From positions 47,492,001-47,556,000 of the forward strand of contig NC_083282.1 in the NCBI RefSeq assembly GCF_963506605.1: a stretch of 64,000 nt of DNA. The letters are read 5' to 3'. Shown here in pieces: positions 53,954-64,000 of this stretch. The first letter of the stretch is position 1. Every line of letters begins with the position of its first letter. Below the pieces are notes generated by a model that was given only the letters and a program-made list of their open reading frames with translations, was not told where the DNA came from and did not search any database. Both the position numbers and the translations under genes were made by a program. The stretch comes from Zootoca vivipara (taxonomy: Eukaryota).

Positions 53954-56900
53954 TGTGTACAGAAGAGGGGTGCTATTGCCTTCCACCCCCTTTCTCAGAG
54001 TACACACAGTAAAAATTATGAGCACAACATTTAGGCAAGGATGTGGCAACTTTTCACTCTCCCTATCACTGCACCTGCATGCTAAGAAAAGCTTTACCTG
54101 TTGAATTCCTGCTTGTTATGCATATATTAATGGCATAGGAGCCCTGCCAGAAAGAGTTGGCAACCACATTCTAGACAAGAGCTAGAGCAGAGTTAGTTGA
54201 TAATAGACTCTTGCCAAGAAATGCCAGCATTCCTTACTCCTGCACAGGAGTTTTTATCCTGCTAGTTTATTGTCAAATTATATTAACATTACCTTAAAGA
54301 GAAACTGTACAGGAAATGGAAGGATTAAATGAGATAGGAGGTAATTGTAATGATCCTAGATATGACATTATCTATCCACCAGGTGGTGTTCTACTCTCAG
54401 TCGGAATATACCAACTATTTTTCTGTTTGAGCCTTCTAATATGTTGCTATTTTTTTTTAGTCTATGGCTGATAATTTTCATCAGGAATACGAACAGCATC
54501 AATGGGAAAGGAATTTCATTCTCATTTAGAAAAGCCTAACCCAGATGGCTGGGAAGTAGCCACAAATCTCTAAATGTGCCTGCACCAGAGGTAAGTCCAT
54601 CAGGAAAGGTGGTGGGGTCTTTAGGTAATGATTCACACTGCCACGCTGCTATCTTTCCATTCTATTTCATTTTGACAGGCACCTCATATGTACAAAAGTC
54701 TAAGCTACCTTAGTTGGGGTTGATGTGTCATGGGAGTCACTGGTAACAGTAAACAGGGTTTAACAAAATATGCGCGCGCACACACAAAACCAAGTGGATC
54801 AACCCAGCAACACACACTGAAACTTATTCACTGTGGGAACTTTTACTTGACCAGTGTCTCCTCTCTAGACAAACAGCAAAGGGAATCTTTAGCAGAATTA
54901 ACACATTGGAAAAGGAAGTTTTGGATTTGAATGCCATAGCTGGTGCACTGGTTGGGATAGTGGAGACAGGAATTCTGACTGCAGCCCCACAGATAAGACC
55001 TACCGGCAAAGAAACTGAAGTTAGTGATGGTTGGAAGGTACATCAATATGGGGGTAGGTCTGAGTACGCTAAGTCCCTATCAGATTCAGCAATCAAACAA
55101 TTAAATGGCATATATCAACATTGGAAGTTGAACTCAGAAACCTGCTTTTACATCAATATGAATGCTCAATAAATGGACTTGGAGCAGTGGCGGAGCTTCA
55201 TGCTCCGGAACCGGAGGACGGAGAGCAAGTGGGGGTGGGGGTGGGGGTGGGGCTGGCACAGGGCAGTCTCAAGCAGGTTGCGCGTGGCGCACTGCCTGTG
55301 GGGGCGTAGTACCATTTCTGTAGCCAAACATTACATTATTCTGCTATTCAGAGGGAGCAAAACAGGAATAAGCTGCCTATCCATTTTTAATAAAACCATT
55401 ATTAAAAATCTTGCATATGAATATGGCATTAACCTAATTGTTCTTTCTGTCCTTTGATGATTAGGAATATTGAAGAAAGCTTATTCTTATTCCTAATCAG
55501 CCAGCGTTTCTGTACTAACTGTAATGATGTGAAATACTTGTGGGCTAAAGTGCCATTAAACTTCAGCAGTGAGCAAACCTCTGAACCCCGTTCCTTCACT
55601 ATATACCACAAACATCAAATGTTTTTATGAGTTGTTCTAGCACTTTCTATCATGGTACTTCTGCTTAGAATCCTTCTCTAGAAGATTCCTCTGTAAACTG
55701 AATTGTTTTTAATACATCTTACAAATGTGTGGTTCTGAGGAACAAATCTCTTCTAATCTGATTTGCTTTTATGTCGGCATCTGCTATCACAGAACATAAT
55801 ACTCACAGGAGGCCATTATTGGCTCCAAACAACTTTTAGACAAGTTGAAAGGGGATGCTGAAGATTTGCAGTAGAAATGTCGAGCCAACAAACTATTCTA
55901 ATCATAAATTACTCAGTCAAGTTTCCCATATTTGGGGAACTTGCAGGGGTCAGCGCACCCAAAGTGCAATGGATGAGCCTCGCCCTGGGAAAGCTCCACT
56001 TTAATGAGTAGTGTGAAGTTTTAGGGATGCTGCTAACCCAGGTTTGGTTATCTTTTGGAAGTCACCGGAGATAAAACATTTACATTTACAGTGTTTACAA
56101 ATGTACAAGTTGAGCAGAGTTGGAGAGATGCAGCTTAAACATTCAGAACTGATAGACTTGGAAGTCCACTGGTCCTACACAAGATCTCTATGGAGACTGC
56201 CAGAAACCTGTGACCCATACAGATATTAAACTCAGCTCTCTGTCCCTTCACTTCTTTCCAACTCAAACTATTGTCTGTCCTGTGTAGACAGGCACCCAGA
56301 TTACTGTGCCCTTTGCTGGGAAGGAGTGCCCAGCCTAGATCTGTCAAGGGCCTGGCGTTGTTTCTCTGGAGATGCTGGAAGTGGCTGGTGTAGTGCTAGG
56401 CTCTTCAGATTTTGTGTCATGGGGTCTTCATTGGAGGAGGAGTTGTCCTGGCTCAGATCTGAGTCAGGTATGACAAAGAGGAAGACCTGCCCCCTTTTCT
56501 TCTCAGTTTTTCCTACTCAGAATAATCCTAAAATGATCCTACTTCAAGAAGTAGCTGGCAAACGTATTGACTGTAGTTAATCTAACAAAAGGGTGTGCCC
56601 TGCCAGATCTGGCCCATGAACCATGTCCTGTACCACTCCAGAGACTCACAACGATGTGTACAGTGGTATGACGACTTCATACAGAAAGCTATGACTTGGT
56701 ATGCCTTCTCTATCTCACCGTCAAACTGGAGCGCATGGATTGACACAATGGATGAAGAAGGGGATGTAAGTAATTTTTGGCACAGTGCTTCTTTGTGGCT
56801 ATGGAAGGATCTCTTTTTTTTGTCACCCAACATGGCAGAGCGTCTTCTGAATGATTTCTTGCGCTGGTGTGAATCAGCATCGCTCAGCTGATTTCAGTGA

Positions 56901-59246
56901 AGTGACACAAATAGATACCATCTTGGGATATGGCCCTCTTTGTTTTGAACAGCAGATATCTGTAAGTGACTCCTTTGACATTTCAGTTGCTGCAAGGCAT
57001 ACAGAAAACAGAACAAGAGCAAGTTTATAGGTTATCACATGATTCTCTTGCTGTTTTAAGAAATATGTAGGGCACACATACTCCAAGGAGGTCTTATCCT
57101 CAATTTAAAGTTGGCAAGTTACTGGTCTTTCCTTTGTGATACTTTCATTCTTAGACAGTTCTTCACTGAGTTCTATACTTGGCTTATTCATTATGTCTCT
57201 TCATTGATAGACCAGAAAACATTCCACCTCTCTTTCAGCCCTGAAGCTGAAAACACCAGGTGGAATTGAAAGAAGAGACAAGAAACAAAAGAGATGGAAA
57301 CTGCAGCCGCTGAAGCAACTGAACACTTGACAGGTGTGGTAGCTGCAGGTGAATGGTTGTGACTACCTGTCTATGCAATTGACCTATATGTGTTCAGTTA
57401 AAATAAGGAGATTAATAAGACAAATTTGAAGGTTGGATCAGGGGAGAAGGCTAAATAAATCCAGTGAGAGAAGGACAAAAGCAATGAACTTTAGTTCCCC
57501 CCCTCATTTTTCCAGTCTTAAACTCATTCCCAACATTTCCATATTTGATTGCAATTGTTTTCTTTTAATCAGCATTATGAATTTATTCTAATGTACACAT
57601 TTTTGCATGCAGTTTTGCCCTACACAATACATTTTGGAATATTATGTTCACTAATATATGCATTTCTGTGCACACTTTACCATATAATATGCCTTTTTGT
57701 ATGGATTACTTGAAAGGGTAATTCAGAGAACTATGAATTTGGAAGGACTGCTGTGTTTTGGTTTGTGCATTGTTTCCAAAGTGTGAATTGCATAGGCACA
57801 AGGGCAAACTAAACTGAATTCCACCTCCACCTCTATCCACATCCCACAAGAGACTGTTTACTCACCTCACTCAGTTCCTGTTTGCACTGGCTCAGTCTTT
57901 CCAACAGACCCGTGTTTCATTGGATACCAGGATTGGATAACCACTCTCCCATTGATTCTGAACAGAGGAGAGGTGCAAAGAGCTTCTCTCTGTGAGGTAG
58001 CATGGCAGTGGCTGAAGCAGGTATTTTCCCCATTGGTGGAGTGGCCGATGTGGTATGTGTGGAATTTCCTTTTCAGCTGTTTTGGATGTGGCAGCCATTT
58101 TGTGCTATGCCATGCCCCCATGGCTTTTTACTGCCCGTCACCAATGCGAACCCCCACACCACACTTCCACTCAAAGCAGGAGCTCAGCAGCAGCAGAGTG
58201 ATGGTGGCATCCCTTTGTAGGCAGTGGTTGGCAGAAGGCTAGTGGGGGCTGGCAGGGCTGTGTGGAGGGTACCTCTGCCCAATCCAAGCCCCAGTGCCCC
58301 TGGCTGTGGCAACGGGGATTTGGGTTGCTCGGCTGATTAAGCACCTTGTCCATATTCAAAATTGACACATCTAGCGCAGGCTCTTTCATACTTACAAGCT
58401 GATGCCCAGTTAGAGAAAGTATTTAGAACTGATGTATGGTTGCAACATATTGACATTTGGCTGGGCATTGAAGCCTGTGCTAGGGGCTGGATCTGTCTGT
58501 CTTAATAATGTGTGGCAATTAAAGAGGCACACTGCCATAGACAGGGATCTCGTCTCAGTGCAGAAGTCATGCTCTTCCCATGCAGATGAAAACCTAACTG
58601 CGACCTGGGCAAATGCAACATGAAGGAATGAGAAAGCACCATGCTCATCAGGATTTTGCCGGCAGTCACTAACTTTGTTATCATTAGCTTTTTGAAAGGA
58701 GGACAGGCCACCAGACTTGAGGGGAGAGGACTAGCAGCTAATCTCTTCATTCAGCTTTCTCTCCCATATGCTGTGAGTGCTGTTTTTGTATTATTTCAGT
58801 CTTTATAGTCTTTGATCTGTATACATATTGCACCATACCAGCTACATAAATCTGAATTTCTTTTTCTCTGCCAATTCCCAGGGACAATGGTCATAAGTAG
58901 AAGACAAGAGTGAAGTCAACTGGGAGGATTTGATGTGTTTTTTCTCTCTCTCGAGCTCCAGGAAGTCTTCTTCCTGTGCAAGACACTGAAGTGGGAGTAA
59001 GGATTCTTTACCACAACACAATTAATATGGGAGATCCTCTGATTCATGATCAGATCTCCCAAATTTTTTGTGTGAGGATGGACAATTTAAACTGGGCCTG
59101 TGGTGCTTGGATATAAATTTTAACACTCTGCATCCAGTGTCTTGTCCCCAATTTAAATCACACTCAAAGCTGCTATTAACCATGGTAGCGGAGAAAGACA
59201 GGGACTTGTATTATAGATGTCTCTTGGAGAGAGGAATGATCTAAAT

Positions 59247-59382
59247 CAGTGGTCCTCAACCTTGGGCCTCCAGATGTTTTTGGCCTACAACTCCCATGAT
59301 CCCTAGCTAGCAGGACCAGTGGTCAGGGATGATGGGAACTGTAGTCTCAAAACATCTGGAGGCCCAAGGTTGAGGACCACTG
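59247..59382. mobile_element. 136-bp hAT MITE
   Basis: TIR CAGTGGTCCTCAACCTTGGGCCTCCAGATG; 8-bp TSD ATCTAAAT. Confidence 0.92.
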
Positions 59383-60984
59383 ATCTAAATAATAAAAAAC
59401 AGTATGGCGAAAGACCAGGGAGGGTTAACTCTTCTTCCCCCAATACCATGGTACCAAACCAAATTATCCCTGCTGCACTTGCTTTTAGCCAAATACACTA
59501 GGATATGCAATTACATGAACATCTCAGCTTGTCTCCTAGGCTTAGGAATGGCCACAGCCTGCATCTCACACTCTCCTCTGCATACAATACTGGGACAGGG
59601 TCACATCACATCTGCACAAAGAGAGGATATATTTAGATCATGAGTGTAAAAATTTGAAACAATGCAGTTTTCAGAAAGCAGAATGGGAACAAGAGGACTA
59701 AAACAGACAGCACCATTATTTTCCAGATGTGTCCACTGTGTCAAATCAATCCAATGTTTGGTGATATATGACTAATAGGATTTCCAGAAGAAGAAACATA
59801 AAATGGGGGATGTCTGTCTTTGATAACAACTCAGGCATAGGAAGGAAATGAGTGGCCTCAAAACATTAAACACTGAATAAATGATCGTGGAAAGCAGCAC
59901 AGGAGGTCTAATGCAAGATCTGGGGGAGGAAGAATACTCTGGATTGTGTTTGACCTCCTAATATGGCTTTAATTCCCAGAGAAAATGGTTAAATAAAAAT
60001 GTTTGTGCCGTTGTTCCAAATCCATTACAGTACTGAAGTTTGATCTGTTTCCCTGCTTCTTCCTTCCTTAATTGGTTAATGCATGCATGAGTCTTGGAAA
60101 TTAAGTTCTACAATTAAGGCCACATTTTTTGGTTGGCAATCTAGGTGTAATTCTTTCCTGCCTAGGCAAAACAAACATTTATGACCTTCCCCATTACATT
60201 TTCCTTAGTCTGATGGTTTCTTTGAAAGTGATAAGTTTCTAATAATGCGATGAGAGGGGATGTTTCTGGCACTTCTTAGTAATGACATCAATCATCATAC
60301 CCTCTGAGGTTGTTGAAAAGACTACGGGAAAATGAATAGTACAGGGTACAAACTCAGTTTCTGTACCGAGGGCCAGCATGAGGGAAGATCACATGCATAA
60401 TGCAGCGCAATCTGTACTTCACATGCTGCAAAGCTTCCAGAAGTGAGCTGGCAGTATGGCACAATAAAAATGGGTTGAATTATGGTCTGGATATATGGTG
60501 AAGAGAACCATGAGCCCCTTTTGAAACTGAAAAACCATCTGCTCACCAAGGCAGGTATGTCAACTGAATGCCTAAGATGTACCAACAGATCTTTGCCTAC
60601 CCCCTAGTATGATCTAGCTTCAGCTGCCCTGAGGATGCAACTCTGGGGTGGGGCAGGCAGGAAGCTTGAACGGGAAAGGGAAAGTTGTCATATCTTGTGT
60701 GGAATCCCACCAGATTTTGAGCGATTCTTTGTTTCAGCATCCCCAGTGCCCCACCCTATATTGTTTACACACACCCCCAACCCATTGTATAAGTTCAGGA
60801 TAGCCTCCCTGTCTCTCAGACTTGCAACTAGAAATTTTGTAGAGGTGAGGAGGTAGTGAAAGGCAGGACCAGTCCAAGATACTTTGCAGCCTGAGGTGGA
60901 GCAGCAAATGTGACTCCCTCACTCCACCCGCTCCAGCCAAAATGCATAGAACCCAAGGCTGGTCCAATTATTTTGCAACCTGAC

Positions 60985-61322
60985 CATACCTGCCAAGTTG
61001 CTGTCAGAGAAATAAGGGACTGGGCGGAAGTAGCAGACCGGAAGTAGCGCTGCCGCCATTTTGGAACTGGGCGGAGCATGCTCAGAAGTGACTTTTGATG
61101 CTGCTTTGCCCAGTTCCAAAATGGCCACCGCGCCAGAAGTCGCACTGCAGCCATTTTGGAACTGGGCAGAGCAGCATCAAAAGTCACTTCTGAGCATGCT
61201 CCGCCCACTGCCAAAATGGCCGCCGCGCCAGAATAAACTGGGGGGAAAAATCCATTTTTTCAGCTAGGAACAGCTGGAAAAACGGGGATTTCCCGGGGAA
61301 TACGGGAGACTTGGCAGCTATG
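60985..61322. mobile_element. TIR element (CATA(C/G)CTGCCAAG termini) with internal inverted duplication
   Basis: 8-bp TSD AACCTGAC (60977-60984 / 61323-61330); termini like 39743-39832; two ~70-bp internal units in inverted orientation. Confidence 0.85.
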
Positions 61323-63849
61323 AACCTGACGCAGAAAATCTTTCCTGACACTTCTCCCCCTCACTGGCAGTAAAAATACAACAATAGTAAACCAAGCAAC
61401 TGATGATTTCTTGCCTTTTCAAAACACCCGAAATCAGCTGCTCTGCTTTGTCTAATGGTAGGACTGACCTTGATGGGAGGCTTCACAAATTAATAGAAAA
61501 CCACAAAAAAAACCTAGATACAAGCAGTCTAATATGTTTAACAGAGCATTCCTACAGTTGTGGTGGAGATGCTGTGAAAAAGAATCTGCCACTTCCTATG
61601 CCCTGCTGGTGTGCTTTTGTAACCTCCCAAAAGGGTCTCTGCCACCACCTCCCCTGTTAAAACCAATTGAGGAGACGGTGGGTGGAAAAGGTATTCAGTT
61701 TATTGAAAGATGCATCAATCTAGACGCAGGGTGAATAAGATCACAAAGCTTGCACCCCAAGCATTGGGGAAAGCAGATACTTATATTGCAAAAATACCTG
61801 ACCCTGTGCCCGATCCCTGTAAACTTCCTACGTGGCTAAAGTCCTGCATGGGCAGAGCATGCTAAGCTCTAATTGGCCTTTTCCCTGTTTTGTGTGGATT
61901 CTCGTGTCTGTTCCCTGCTCGCATTTAGCAGTTTTCATATATGATTTTGTTAAGCTGCCAGCTTCTTGTCATGCTCTGTGGTTACATTACCTACGTACTT
62001 TCTAGACCCCCAAGGTCACATTTACTGTATTTTGCTAAGCTGGTGGATTCTTATCTCTATTACTGGAGCAGCCTGCAAGTTCATGCAAGCATAACAAGAC
62101 TTCTGCTATGCTGTAAGGGAGGGGGAGCAGTTACCGAAAGCAAAAGAAAACTTCATGTTAGCAACATCCTTGTGGTAATGATTGAACACTCATGTCCACC
62201 TGGCCCTGGATCCCTTGTGGGCTCAGAGTGAATCCTCAGGTCCAGGGATGGTGTATCTGTTGGATCAATCCATCAACCTTTAGTGGATGATTAGAAGGAT
62301 TGGGTCCGACATCACTTTCGCTGCATGTATGTGCCAGTATCTATACTCAGCAGAGTTACCTCTCAGCGGAGCTCCAGTGGCAGCAACCCCCACAACTGCT
62401 GGTTCGGGAGGCGGCTGAGCTGCATCACTCTGGTATTGGACGTTTGCTGTATATTTCCCAAAAAACAGACCAGAGGCAATGAATATTTCATCCAGCAGAG
62501 CTTTACTGCTACTGAAGGCAAATGAGCTTAATGGTCACAAATCCAATATTTTCAGGATTGGCACTGTCAATAAGAAATCCAGTTGCAGCAGACTTAAACT
62601 TAAAATAACTTATAAGTCTAAACCTTTATCACAAAGCATACTACGTACAGAACACTACACCAGAAGGAAGAGAGGTAGAAAGAGAAAGTGAAACCCAGGC
62701 TCCTTCTGGCCTATTATTATAGTCGTGGTATATGTAGATATTATTTTTAAACTATCCAAATCTGTGCTATTTTAAGTGTCTCACTTTATGGGTTATCTTT
62801 GCATCGTGATATCATATTGACGTACTGTCCCTTTAAGTTCCTTTACATTCTCCTCAATTTATTGTTATTTGAAACACCTGTGGTCAACTTTATATGTCCT
62901 GTGCATTTGTGTTGTAAGCACCAGTAGCTACACTATCAAATGAGCACTGAGCCACTAGCAAGATTCCCACTAGTATAAATATTTCATTGATAATTATTCG
63001 GTATGTACTTCTTTATATATTTTGTTTTACTGTATAACATACATGCAGGTTGCTCAGTTTTGTTGTCATTCATTGCTAGCAATGCCTTCTGTTCCATTTT
63101 CAGCTGATGAAGACTTTATTCCAAAACAGTGAACTATTCTGGATACACTGTCCTCTTGAGACTTCCTTTTAAGATTTCTGAGAGATGGCTTCCTTTGAGA
63201 TGAGACTTTTATAGGACGTCTTCCTTGGTGTTCCTCGCTATTCATTGACTTGTTTGACTGCTCATTTGACTCATATATATACAACAACTCACAGTCACGT
63301 GTATATTTTGTGAGATGTACTGTATGATATATACATTATTTTGAAGTGGCTTATTGGTATATTTTGAATGACATTGTAATTAACTATATATTAACTACCA
63401 GTTATTTGCCAGCGTGTTGCGTTTGTGTTGACTGTTATTATAGTCAGCATGGCCTTGACAGAAAGAGATAACAGAAGCCAGTTTAAGCCAGCTGTACTCA
63501 GCTTCTCTGAAGGTATGACCCAAACATCATGAACCTTCTGCTTGTATCTTTATCTCTGCATCTGTTCGGGGGGAATGTCAAGGAAACGTGGGGACTGGGC
63601 CCAATCAGAGAGGACTGCAGGTGGACTATTCAGCATGGGCCTCATGCTCAAATGCTGCCTTAGATCTAGACACACGTTATTTTGGCATTTGACAAATTTT
63701 CCTTTTTCTGCAAAGCTAACGTGGAGGCATCGTTGTGAGTGACAACATCAAGGGTGTCGGTGTGTAGGGGGTAAGGTTGCTTAGGATGCTATGGGCATGT
63801 TTTGAAGTATTTCTATGGCTACAGTTGTCTCTGCTACTGGATGAGCATC

Positions 63850-64000
63850 TGTCAGGAGCCAGGTGTAGGTCAGTGTAGGTAAGTGATAAAAACACAGTGT
63901 TAACTCTTTATTCAAAGAAACCAAAACAGTGCACACTTAGTGACCCCAGCAACACTTCCCAGTAGGTCTTGCCCCAATGAGGCAGTTGTGAGGACAGAAG
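63850..64000 (-). mobile_element. Possible LTR end in reverse orientation (cut by window edge)
   Basis: Begins TGTCA with TTTATT ~57 nt inside, the same layout as the reverse complement of the LTR at 29913-30339; no partner LTR visible. Confidence 0.3.

Noticed and set aside
56300-56950. Paired sense/antisense ORFs of ~100 codons
   Set aside because: The minus strand (EIEKAYQV, EVVIPL in shifted frames) faintly resembles a decayed L1 ORF1; too weak to call, with no support for a gene or endogenous virus.
63066-63287. 73-aa ORF (LRNLKRKSQEDSV)
   Set aside because: Possibly an eroded LINE ORF2 fragment; not supportable as a feature.

Overview
Vertebrate genomic DNA, almost certainly a squamate and probably a lacertid lizard (Sauria SINEs, squamate-type L2/CR1 tails, hAT and Tc1/mariner MITEs). 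The first ~46 kb holds six spliced genes arranged as three consecutive head-to-head pairs: CFAP57 (5' part, minus) / EBNA1BP2 (plus), CFAP144-FAM183A (minus) / PIF1 (plus), and SNAPC2 (minus) / an unnamed plus-strand gene. I rebuilt all exons by hand from GT-AG sites and reading phase. The unnamed gene (10 exons, ~533 aa) encodes a divergent zona-pellucida-binding protein (ZPBP/sp38) family member. Unlike human ZPBP and ZPBP2, it continues into an extra Cys-rich module, a transmembrane helix, a Cys cluster and a cytoplasmic tail with four 16-aa repeats carrying sorting-type motifs. It is the best candidate here for an undescribed system. Between PIF1 and SNAPC2 lies a young, internally deleted Gypsy chromovirus (427-bp LTRs, GCTAC TSD). 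It has no tRNA primer site but has an 11-nt LTR-PBS complementarity like Tf1/sushi self-priming. The last ~18 kb contains repeats and no convincing gene. There is a 177-N assembly gap at 8854-9030. All homology calls are from recalled sequences and motifs; no searches were run.
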